A DNA stretch of 64,000 nt from Planctomycetota bacterium. GTDB lineage: Bacteria; Planctomycetota; SZUA-567; H5-PLA8. The notes below the pieces were generated by a model. That model was not told the origin of the DNA. It ran no database searches and worked only from the letters and a program-made list of their open reading frames with translations. The position numbers and the translations under genes were made by a program. Location: NCBI GenBank assembly GCA_038227875.1, contig JBBRPR010000014.1, positions 1 through 64,000 on the forward strand. Direction: 5' to 3'. Position 1 is the first letter of the stretch. Every line of letters starts with the position of its first letter. Of the stretch, positions 29,017 to 37,856 are shown one piece after another.

Positions 29017-30918
29017 CTATTTCACGCGGCTCTCGAGAATCGCACCGCACTTCTGAAACCAGAGCTTGTGCTCTTCGTCGTAGAGCGCGTCGCGCAGATC
29101 GACGAGGTAGAAATCGACGTTGTCGAGAACCGCGCCGCGCAAATCCGCGCCGCGAAGATTGGCTTTGCGGATTTCTTCCGGCGCTTTGAATCCCTGCTCG
29201 TGGAATTCGTCGGTATAGAAACCGGTCTTGCTTCCCTCGGAAGCGATGGTGCTGTTGACGTGGCCGGTGCGCGTGGAACCCATGTGAAATGTCGCGCCGG
29301 TCAGGTTCGCGCCTTGCAGATTGGCGTGAGGCCAATCGATCTCGGCCAATTTCGCGCCGAAGAGGACCGCCTTCGAGAAGTCACCCTGCGGAATGGATGA
29401 ACCGGTGAAGTCTGCTCCAGAAAGAGTTGCGGCACTGAAATTTGCCTTGGGCAGTGAAAGGAACCCGCAGTCACATCCGGCCATCGCGGCGTTAACGAAT
29501 CGCGCGCGATTGAAGTTCGCGACGCGAAGGCACTGCCGCGAGAAGCGTACGCCATCGAGAATCGCACCGGTAAAATCCGCGCCGTCGAACTTTGCGCCTT
29601 CCAGATTGGCCTGCGTAAGGTCAGCGACGAGAAATGATGCACCGCACAGATTGGCCTGCTCAAAGTTGACGTTGTTTAGTTTTGCGCTCTTGAAGCAGGA
29701 GCCGATGAAATTTCCACGCTCGAATTGAGCATCGTGAGCGTTCGCCGCCGAGAAATCAGCGCGTGTGAACCGCGTTTCGCGGCCGCGCGCGTTGCACAAT
29801 GATGCGCTGACGAATGACGCGCGGGAGCAATTGGCATTATTTAAAATGGATTGATCAAGATTGGCGTGGGTCAAATCCGCGCCCGACAAATCGGCATAGC
29901 GGAATTTCGCCTCTCGGAGTTCTGCTCCAACCCAGCTCGCGCCATGAAAATACCCGCCGGTGTAGCGTTTCACCTGCCGTACTTCGGCACGCCATGCCAT
30001 GCTGAGATGAAGGAGACTGGCGGCCATCGGGTGTGGTTTTGAGTCTCGGTTATTTACGATCTTCAGGAGGCGTTCAATTAACGGCGGTTCATTCTTGATA
30101 GCAACCGCTGCGCGTTGAATCAGTTCTCGCCGGTGTTGGTGGACAAGACAGTGTGTCTCACCGGGAGAACGCAAGTGGTCCAGAAGATGATCTCGCGCCA
30201 GTATCATTTGTACGGCGGAGTAACGCAGCACTTTGAGCTCAACCTTCTCCATGCTTTTCGTGAGTGAACTCAACAGATCGTTCACGCTCTTTTTTGATTC
30301 CTCTTTGAAAAGATTGGAGAAACTTCTAGGCGTCAGCAGCATGCCAAAACAAAATCCGCGAGCGACCTCCACGAATTCATTCTGATACGTCGCCGCGATG
30401 TACGCTTCCAGCGCGGCATCGCTCGTCGTCAGGTTCTCGTCCTTCGCCAGCGCGTCGAGCACGATCCGCCAGAGGGCCGGCTTGCCTTCCAGTGACTCCG
30501 GATGTTCGAACTTCATCACGCGGCTCATGATCGAGCCGCAGCGCTCGGGATGCGCGGCCTGGCAGTATTCGATCCACTCGTCCACGCCCCACGGCGCGAG
30601 GTGGAAGACGCCGAGATGGTCATTCTCCAGCGGCCTCTGCGCCGCATAGATCACCGGGCCGGTCTTAAGAAGGTGACGCAAGGTTCCAAGCGATGGGCAG
30701 TCGATCAACTGGATCGGGCGTTCATCGGATAGCAGCGCGGCGAGATGCTGCAACGCGGTGGTGCGGCCGGAACCCATGCCGCCGACGATTGCGATCGCAC
30801 CGTGATCGAACTCGTCCACCAGCGACGCGACTTCGCTTTCCAACGGTACAGTGCCGCCCGCCTCTGGAAGCGAGACGCGTGGACGGACCAAGGCACGGCA
30901 GGGATCAAACTCGAGCAT
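29017..30918 (-). CDS. Pentapeptide repeat protein with N-terminal P-loop (NACHT-like) region
   Basis: GGMGSGRTT near N-terminus; long A(D/N)(L/F)xx repeat region; alternative start 30978. Confidence 0.85.
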   Translation of the reverse strand: MLEFDPCRALVRPRVSLPEAGGTVPLESEVASLVDEFDHGAIAIVGGMGSGRTTALQHLAALLSDERPIQLIDCPSLGTLRHLLKTGPVIYAAQRPLENDHLGVFHLAPWGVDEWIEYCQAAHPERCGSIMSRVMKFEHPESLEGKPALWRIVLDALAKDENLTTSDAALEAYIAATYQNEFVEVARGFCFGMLLTPRSFSNLFKEESKKSVNDLLSSLTKSMEKVELKVLRYSAVQMILARDHLLDHLRSPGETHCLVHQHRRELIQRAAVAIKNEPPLIERLLKIVNNRDSKPHPMAASLLHLSMAWRAEVRQVKRYTGGYFHGASWVGAELREAKFRYADLSGADLTHANLDQSILNNANCSRASFVSASLCNARGRETRFTRADFSAANAHDAQFERGNFIGSCFKSAKLNNVNFEQANLCGASFLVADLTQANLEGAKFDGADFTGAILDGVRFSRQCLRVANFNRARFVNAAMAGCDCGFLSLPKANFSAATLSGADFTGSSIPQGDFSKAVLFGAKLAEIDWPHANLQGANLTGATFHMGSTRTGHVNSTIASEGSKTGFYTDEFHEQGFKAPEEIRKANLRGADLRGAVLDNVDFYLVDLRDALYDEEHKLWFQKCGAILESRVK

Positions 30919-31045
30919 ACGGGCCCTCATAGGAGGGAAGAATGGAAAATTGTAGCGAGGAACCATGTCCGTGGCCATACTTTCTGTTGCACTTTAATTG
31001 CGCGGCTGCGGTTGTATTTTCAGGAAGACCCGCGGGAGATCCGGA

Positions 31046-31894
31046 ATGAAATTTGGCATTCACGCTTACGCCTGGTGTTCGCAGTGGACCAACGAGTCGC
31101 TGCCGCTGATCGATCGGATCAAAGGGCTGGGGCTCGACTTCATCGAAATTCCGCTGATGTGCCTTGAGACGCTGGACACGCGCGCCGTCTCCGCGCGGCT
31201 GAAGTCCACCGGACTTGACGTGTGTACGTCGACGGTGCTGCTGAGCGGCACGGACATCACCAGCGACGACGCGGCGGTACGCAAGTCGGGCGTCGAGTAC
31301 CTGAAGGCCTGCGTGCGCGCCACGGCGGAACTCGGTGCGACCAACTTTTCCGGCGTGATCTACTCGCAGCACGTGAAGCCCGCGACGCGGCGGCCGACCG
31401 AGCAGGCGTGGGTCTACTCCGCCGATGCCCTGCGCGAGGTGGCGCGCTACGCCCGCACGCTGCACGTGAAGATCGGTCTTGAGCCGGTTAATCGGTACGA
31501 GACGTACCTCGTCAACACCTGCGAGCAGGCACGGAAATTGAAGACGCTGATTGGCGAAGACAACGTCAAGATTCATCTCGACACCTACCATATGAACATC
31601 GAAGAGAAAGACTTTTACGCGGCGACCAAGCTCGCCGGCGCGGACCTGATTCACTACCACCTCTGCGAAAACGATCGCGGCATTCCCGGCACGGGCCAGG
31701 TCGATTGGGACGGCATCTTCCGCGCGCTGGCGGAATTGAACTACGACGGCTACGCGGCGCTGGAATCGTTCGTCGACTGCACAGACAACATGAACACGTG
31801 GGTCTGGCGGCAACTGGCGCCCAACGGCGACACGCTGGTGCGCGAAGGCATCGCCTTCATCCGCAGCATGCAAAAGAAACACGGATTGAAATGA
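31046..31894 (+). CDS. D-psicose/D-tagatose 3-epimerase family protein
   Basis: LEPVNRYETY, LDTYHMNIEE, HLCENDRGIPG, ESF. Confidence 0.92.
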   Translation: MKFGIHAYAWCSQWTNESLPLIDRIKGLGLDFIEIPLMCLETLDTRAVSARLKSTGLDVCTSTVLLSGTDITSDDAAVRKSGVEYLKACVRATAELGATNFSGVIYSQHVKPATRRPTEQAWVYSADALREVARYARTLHVKIGLEPVNRYETYLVNTCEQARKLKTLIGEDNVKIHLDTYHMNIEEKDFYAATKLAGADLIHYHLCENDRGIPGTGQVDWDGIFRALAELNYDGYAALESFVDCTDNMNTWVWRQLAPNGDTLVREGIAFIRSMQKKHGLK

Positions 31895-33345
31895 TGCCTC
31901 CGCGTGCGCTGACCTTCCTTGCGTTTCTGCTGGCTCTGGCTGCGCCGCTGGCGCGAGCCGAATCGTTGACGGCCGACGACATTGACCTGCAGGCGATCTT
32001 TCGTGACAATCCCAATCAGATCCCGTCGGGTCTCGCGAGCAGCACGCCGATTCCAGTGATCTACGCGGACTTCCTCGGTGCCGTCACGGCGCGCGTGGAC
32101 AAGACGGCGCTGGCGGAATTCAAGACCGCGTTGCTCGCGGACCTTCCTCCATTCATTGATGTCAACGATCCCGTTCCCGAGAACAAGACACTCGGGGGTT
32201 TGCTGCAGCAGAACAAGAAGCGTGCCATCGCGCTGATCGTCATTGCGCTGACGAAGTTTCCAGACCATTCGAAGTGGACGATCCTGCGCGCCTGCGGCGC
32301 ACTCGACGCGGCGGAGCTCGATGAGCCGCTCGAGACCGTCGCGCTCACGGACACCAACGCGACGAACCGCGCGTTCGCGTTCAAGGCCATCGCGCAGCGC
32401 AAACAGAAGAACGCCGCCGCGCTGCTCCAGGAAGGGTTGTTCGATCCGCAGCTGTCCATCCGCCTTCTGTGCATGGAACTGCTCAGCGAGGCGGGTGAGA
32501 ATATTGGCAGCGTCACGGCGGTAATGCCTTGCCGTCCCCGGCACGCGTTTCAATTCCTCTTTTTGGAAACGGCGCTGAAGCGTGTCATGCCGACCATCGA
32601 TGCGCCGACGTTCTTCAAGCAACCATTTTCCATCCGCTATGGTGCGTTCACGGGAGCTGCGCCGGAGGTCACCAAGTCGTTCGTCGCGCTGGCTGAAAAG
32701 CGCGCGGACCGGCCGTACGCGGCGATGGTGCTCTATCTCTGCGGCGACGAGGTTGCGTCCGCCAAGGCGCTGGACACGCTGGTGAAAGTGATGCTGGAGA
32801 ACGGCAAGAAGCCGGCCGATCACCGCTCGCCGGAATTCCAGATTCAATCGGATCTCGTCGATGTCTTTCAACAGAGCACTCCGGCGCAATTCAAAGCGAT
32901 CCAGAAGATCTTCAAAACCAACCTGCGCGAATTCTCCGAGGAACGAGAAGCGCTGCTGACCACGCTGGCGTACGCGCAATCGGTCAGCGATGCGCCGGAC
33001 CTTGCCGACGATCTGCTCCGCGTGCGCGACATGCAGACCAGGAACAAGGATCTGCTGCTCGGCGCCGCGCTGGCGCTGGCTCATCATAAAAGTCCGCAGG
33101 CGATTCCATCGTTAATTCAAATCTTGAGCATGCGCTCAGACGCGTACACGGTCGTGGCGATTCAGACGCTTGAGAAACTAACCGGCATCGAGACGCCGGG
33201 CGTACCGCGTCCCGATCCGAAGACGGGCCAGTACGATCCGAAGGCCGCGTGGAACGTTCAGGGCGCGTACGACTTCTGGCGCAAGTGGATCCAGAATATG
33301 GATCACGACCTGCAGTTCGACGCCGAATCTCAGCACGTCAAGTAG
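31891..33345 (+). CDS. Secreted HEAT-repeat protein
   Basis: Signal peptide ending ARA, helical repeats, AIPSLIQIL, LEKLTG...W.KW C-terminus. Confidence 0.75.
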   Translation: MMPPRALTFLAFLLALAAPLARAESLTADDIDLQAIFRDNPNQIPSGLASSTPIPVIYADFLGAVTARVDKTALAEFKTALLADLPPFIDVNDPVPENKTLGGLLQQNKKRAIALIVIALTKFPDHSKWTILRACGALDAAELDEPLETVALTDTNATNRAFAFKAIAQRKQKNAAALLQEGLFDPQLSIRLLCMELLSEAGENIGSVTAVMPCRPRHAFQFLFLETALKRVMPTIDAPTFFKQPFSIRYGAFTGAAPEVTKSFVALAEKRADRPYAAMVLYLCGDEVASAKALDTLVKVMLENGKKPADHRSPEFQIQSDLVDVFQQSTPAQFKAIQKIFKTNLREFSEEREALLTTLAYAQSVSDAPDLADDLLRVRDMQTRNKDLLLGAALALAHHKSPQAIPSLIQILSMRSDAYTVVAIQTLEKLTGIETPGVPRPDPKTGQYDPKAAWNVQGAYDFWRKWIQNMDHDLQFDAESQHVK

Positions 33346-33346
33346 G

Positions 33347-33715
33347 CTACAGTACGTTGATCGTTCCCGAGCGCTTGTACTGCGCGAGTACCTTGCGGAC
33401 ACGCCGGCGGAGTTTTAGATCCGGATCGTTCCACATGCGTTCGATCGCCGCGACGATCTCCTCGTGCCGTTCGTTGGGCGAACCGTCGCAGAGTGTGTGC
33501 AGCACATGGCTGCGTATTGTGGCATCCGGATCGGCCGACATCTCAATCATGCGGTCCCACACACGCGGATGATTGGCTTTGAGATGGCACGGACAAAGAT
33601 TCCGCACGGCCGCTTTGCGTACGCGGATGTCCTGGTCCTGCGTCAGGGTGAGGAACTCCGCGATATCGTCGCTGTCGACGGAAACTTCAACGTAGCAGGA
33701 ATTGCGCGTGCTCAT
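33347..33715 (-). CDS. Small HEAT-repeat protein with CPCH and HTLCD motifs
   Basis: DQDIRVRKAAV, DPDATIRSHVL, DPDLKLRRRV repeats. Confidence 0.8.
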   Translation of the reverse strand: MSTRNSCYVEVSVDSDDIAEFLTLTQDQDIRVRKAAVRNLCPCHLKANHPRVWDRMIEMSADPDATIRSHVLHTLCDGSPNERHEEIVAAIERMWNDPDLKLRRRVRKVLAQYKRSGTINVL

Positions 33716-33790
33716 CGGGGACCCTCAAATTCCAGTCCCCTCAACTAAACACACGAATCGAGCATTGTCAATTCGGGCCTGTGTCCGACA

Positions 33791-33814
33791 CCAGGTATTA
33801 AATTTAATACCTGG
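33791..33814. promoter_or_regulatory. Perfect 24-bp palindrome, probable transcription factor site
   Basis: CCAGGTATTAAATTTAATACCTGG. Confidence 0.6.
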
Positions 33815-33844
33815 CAAAAACTAACAACTTGCCGCGCGTCGCTA

Positions 33845-36800
33845 TTAATGCGCGTGGGCGTGCGCGTCATGGCCGTGCGCGTGTTCATCGTGACCGTGGC
33901 CGTGTGCGGCTTCCATCGACGGCGTCGACTCGGAGACGGCAATGGAGTGATGGTCGTCGTGAACCGGAGCGGGCGCCGGCGGCTCTTCGCCGCTGCCGTC
34001 GTCGCGGACGTGCGCGGCTTCGTAGCCGTAGGCCTGCGCAAGCACCTGGATCGGGTGGAGCGTCTTCTTCTCCGCGCCGTGTTCCATCTGCATGCGGCAG
34101 CACGAGCTCTCGCTCATCGCGTACTCGATGCCTTTACGCTCGTCCTTGAGCTGTTCGAAGAGCTTCTTGCCGATCCACATCGACTCGTCGTAGTTCTTTT
34201 TGATCATTCCCCACATCGACGGATTGCCGCAACATCCGTGGTCGAGCTGCACGACCTTGACACCGGGGACCAGCTTGACCAGGTCGATGCCCGGCGTGCC
34301 GATATGCAGCGACTTGTGATGGCAGGCCTGATGGTAGCCGACGACCGCATCGACCTTCTGGAAATTGGTCTTCAGCTTGCGCTCGCTTTTCAGCTTCATC
34401 AGGAACTGGCCGATCTCGTATGTGTGGCGCGCGACGGCGCGCGTCTCGGGGGTGTCGACGTAGGTCAGGAAATCTTCCTGCAGGCACATGCAGGCTGTAG
34501 CGTCGAGCGCGACAATCGGGATGCCCTTGAACGCGTACGGCGCGAGCACTCCGGCGACTTTCGTCACGTGTTCGCGGCTGGCTTCGACCGCGCCTTCGCT
34601 CAGCGTGGGGCTCTTGCACCACGGCGCGTCGGGAAGGTCAACTTCGAAGCCGTGGTGTTCGAGGACATCGATGGCAGCCTGGGCCAGTTGCGGATTGCAG
34701 TACTTGGCGTCGAGATCGAGATAGAGCACCGCCTTCGGGCGGTCGGAACCGGGGGAGGGCATGTAGCGGCGCTGCGGACGCCAGCGCTTGAGCTGCGGAA
34801 GCTTGTAGCGATGGTCGATCCCCGTCACGGCTTCGCGGATCATGCGCGCGGGCAGGGTGTTGACCAGCGAATTGAAGAGTGGCGACACGTATGAGGCCGC
34901 GCGGAAAACGTCCTCCATGCTGGAGAGCGCCACAGTGCTCGCGGGCAGACTGTTGGACTGGTAGTGGCGCGCCTTGGCTTCGAGCACGAGCTTGGGGATA
35001 TTGACGTTTGACGGGCAACCGTCGTGGCAGAGCTTGCAGTTGAAACACGTGTTCATGACTTCCAGCAGCTCTTCGCTGCCGAACGATCCGCCGACCTGCC
35101 GGCCGGTCATCATGCGGCGCAGGACGTTGGCCTTGGCGCGTGGCGACGCGTCTTCAATGCGTTCGTACTTGAAGCGCGGACACATCTCTTCTTCAGGTCC
35201 GGTCGTGCGGCAGTAACCGCAGCCGTTGCAGCTCTCGGCTTCCTTGGCCATCTCGGCGCCGGCCCACTTTAGGGGCGAGCCGCCGTGGACGTGGACTTCG
35301 GCGCTGCTGGTGGCGATGCGTTCGACGGTACCTTCGGTGCGCACGGCCGTCTGCGATTTGAACATGCGGAAGTTCGCGGCCTGCGTCGGGTCGATGGAGC
35401 TGGGCTTCGGCCGTTCGCCGGTGCTGAACTGGTAGGCCGCGCCGAGGCGCAGGTTCTTGAGCATGAGATGCGCATCGGCCGTGATCTTCTTCTGCGGATT
35501 GAGCAGGCCGGACGGATCGAAGATCGATTTCAGTTCCTTGAAGACGGCGTAGAGTTCCTTGCCGGCCTGTTTTTCGAGCCACTGCGAGCGGGCGAGGCCT
35601 TCACCGTGCGTGCCGGAGATGGTGCCGCCGACTTCCCAGACCGCCGCGTGAATTTCGCCGGCGACCTTTTCGAGGATGTCGAGGTGTTCCTTCTGATGCA
35701 GATCCATCATCGGCATCAGATGCACTTCGCCCTGGCCAGCGTTGGCCCAGGCGCTCCATTCGAGCTTGTACTTCTCGCAGATCTTCCCGGCCTTCTCAAT
35801 GTATGCGGCGAGCTTGTCGAGCGGCACGACGGCGTCTTCGACGACCGGCACCGGCTGCAGGTTGTCCTTGCGGCGGTAGAGCATGGACGTGCCGGCGACG
35901 CGCGCGGCCCAGATTTTCGCTTCCTGTTCCGGCTCCATCACGCGTCGCGACTTCACGTGCGGAATTTCCTTGAGCTTGGCTTCGACGGCGGTGAGGCGAT
36001 CGGTGACGTCGGCTTCGGCTTGGCCTTCGAATTCGAGAATCAGCACAGCCTTCGCGCTTTCGGGCACGGCGAATTCCTGCGGCGCGGCCTGGCGGCGCAG
36101 CAGCATCATCTTTTCATCCAGCATCTCGCAGCCGAACGGATTGAGCGCGCGCAGAGCCGGGACGGCCTTGGCGGCGTCGAGCAGCGTCTTGAAGTAAACT
36201 TCGAGCATGCCGATGCGTTCAGGAAGCGGATGAACCTTCAGCACCGCCTGCGTGACGATGCCGAGCGTGCCTTCGCTGCCGCAGAGGACGCGCGAGAGGT
36301 CGTAGACTTCTCCCGAGACAACGCCATCGACCAAATAGCCGGCGCGGTTGCGTTCGGTCTTCACGGCTTTCGAGGCGATCAGCGCGGCGTTTTTCTGGAG
36401 CAGCGCGGGAACTTCGCGGTGGACCTTGCCGCTCAAGCCTTCTTCGCGCTTCTTGCCTTCGATATCGGCGCCGGCGAGTTTCACCGGATTGGCCAGCGTG
36501 ACGGTGCCGTCCATCAGGCAGAGGCGCGCACCGACGAGATTCTTGCGCGTATCGCCGTAGAACGCGGAGTGCGGGCCGGAACCGTTGCGCGCGATCATGC
36601 CGCCCACGGTGGAGCGGTTGCCGTTGAGAGGATCGGGGCCGACGCGGAAGCCGTGGGGCTTAAGCGCGCGGTTGAGGCTGTCGAGCACCACGCCGGTCTG
36701 CACGGTGACCTGCTTGCGGCCTTTATCCAGTTCGATGATGCCCTTCATGTACACGGACAGATCGACGATGATGCCCTTGGCCAGCGATTCGCCGGTGACG

Positions 36801-37048
36801 CCCGAGCCGCTGCCGCGCGCGACAACCGGGATGCCGTGCTTCTGGCCAAACCACATGCAGCTGCGCACATCCAGTTCGTCCAGCGGATGGACGACCAGCA
36901 GCGGTTCGATCTCGTAGATTGAGCCGTCGGTGGCGTACATGCTGCGCGTGAACGGATCGTCGTAGACGTCGCCTTTCACCATCTCGCGCAGGGCGCGGGC
37001 GAGCGTGCTGGGTGAACGATCGAGAATGTCGGATGTGGCCAGGGACAT
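33845..37048 (-). CDS. FAD-binding / Fe-S (GlcD-GlcF fusion-like) oxidoreductase homologue with His-rich tail
   Basis: ARGSGSGVTGES, GSEGTLG, LLNPQK, CNGCGYC, CFNCKLCHDGCP, CCG domain. Confidence 0.9.
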   Translation of the reverse strand: MSLATSDILDRSPSTLARALREMVKGDVYDDPFTRSMYATDGSIYEIEPLLVVHPLDELDVRSCMWFGQKHGIPVVARGSGSGVTGESLAKGIIVDLSVYMKGIIELDKGRKQVTVQTGVVLDSLNRALKPHGFRVGPDPLNGNRSTVGGMIARNGSGPHSAFYGDTRKNLVGARLCLMDGTVTLANPVKLAGADIEGKKREEGLSGKVHREVPALLQKNAALIASKAVKTERNRAGYLVDGVVSGEVYDLSRVLCGSEGTLGIVTQAVLKVHPLPERIGMLEVYFKTLLDAAKAVPALRALNPFGCEMLDEKMMLLRRQAAPQEFAVPESAKAVLILEFEGQAEADVTDRLTAVEAKLKEIPHVKSRRVMEPEQEAKIWAARVAGTSMLYRRKDNLQPVPVVEDAVVPLDKLAAYIEKAGKICEKYKLEWSAWANAGQGEVHLMPMMDLHQKEHLDILEKVAGEIHAAVWEVGGTISGTHGEGLARSQWLEKQAGKELYAVFKELKSIFDPSGLLNPQKKITADAHLMLKNLRLGAAYQFSTGERPKPSSIDPTQAANFRMFKSQTAVRTEGTVERIATSSAEVHVHGGSPLKWAGAEMAKEAESCNGCGYCRTTGPEEEMCPRFKYERIEDASPRAKANVLRRMMTGRQVGGSFGSEELLEVMNTCFNCKLCHDGCPSNVNIPKLVLEAKARHYQSNSLPASTVALSSMEDVFRAASYVSPLFNSLVNTLPARMIREAVTGIDHRYKLPQLKRWRPQRRYMPSPGSDRPKAVLYLDLDAKYCNPQLAQAAIDVLEHHGFEVDLPDAPWCKSPTLSEGAVEASREHVTKVAGVLAPYAFKGIPIVALDATACMCLQEDFLTYVDTPETRAVARHTYEIGQFLMKLKSERKLKTNFQKVDAVVGYHQACHHKSLHIGTPGIDLVKLVPGVKVVQLDHGCCGNPSMWGMIKKNYDESMWIGKKLFEQLKDERKGIEYAMSESSCCRMQMEHGAEKKTLHPIQVLAQAYGYEAAHVRDDGSGEEPPAPAPVHDDHHSIAVSESTPSMEAAHGHGHDEHAHGHDAHAHAH

Positions 37049-37050
37049 GG

Positions 37051-37632
37051 TTACTCCTCTTTTATCGATACTTTCCTGAAGCGGTCTTCAACTGCGTGCT
37101 GCGCCAGGATCCAGTCAACGGCTTCCGGCAGGGTTGGCGCGAGCAGGTCGGGCACGTATTCCTTCTTCAAGTTCGCCGGGTTGGGCAGATTCTCGCGGCA
37201 CAGAATCGTGCGGCAGCCGGCAGCTTTTCCCATCTCGATGTCGCGCCCCGAATCGCCGATCACAAAACTGGCGGCCGGGTTGAGTCGGTGTTCCTTGCAC
37301 GCGTTCTGAATCATCCGCGGCGACGGCTTTCGGCAACCGCAGGCGTCGTCGGGATGATGCGGGCAGAAGTAGACCGCATCGAACGCCTGTTCCCCCAAGT
37401 GCCCCTGCATGCGCGCATGGATGTCGTGCAAGGCTTCCAGCGGCATCAACCCTCTTCCCACGCCGCTCTGATTGGTGATCAGCGCGATGAAGAAGTCCTG
37501 CTTGCGAAGCCGGATCAGTTGTTCGGCCACGCCGGGCATGAACTGAAACATCTCCCAGGACAACACAAACTGCCCCGGCCCCGGAAAAACGTTGACTACC
37601 CCGTCGCGGTCGAAGAACACGGCATGACGCAT
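37051..37632 (-). CDS. gmhB: D,D-heptose 1,7-bisphosphate phosphatase-like HAD hydrolase
   Basis: FFDRDGVVN, ITNQSG, CPHHPDDACGCRKP, GDSGRD. Confidence 0.9.
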   Translation of the reverse strand: MRHAVFFDRDGVVNVFPGPGQFVLSWEMFQFMPGVAEQLIRLRKQDFFIALITNQSGVGRGLMPLEALHDIHARMQGHLGEQAFDAVYFCPHHPDDACGCRKPSPRMIQNACKEHRLNPAASFVIGDSGRDIEMGKAAGCRTILCRENLPNPANLKKEYVPDLLAPTLPEAVDWILAQHAVEDRFRKVSIKEE

Positions 37633-37856
37633 GGACGTTTGCTCTCGTTGGTGTCACAGCCATTGTCGACCATAAGCCCAAGTGCTGCAAGTGCGGCTCT
37701 TGGTTGCGACTTGGTGCCAGTGCCGTGGCCTGACAGATACACGATCTGTGCTTCCACTGCGATCGCACTGGCAGGCCGGACTTTCACTCCGCTCAAGTCC
37801 GTCCGTGCCAGTGGCAACTCATCCCGCCAGGCCCCAAGAGCCAAGAGCTGCCCTAT

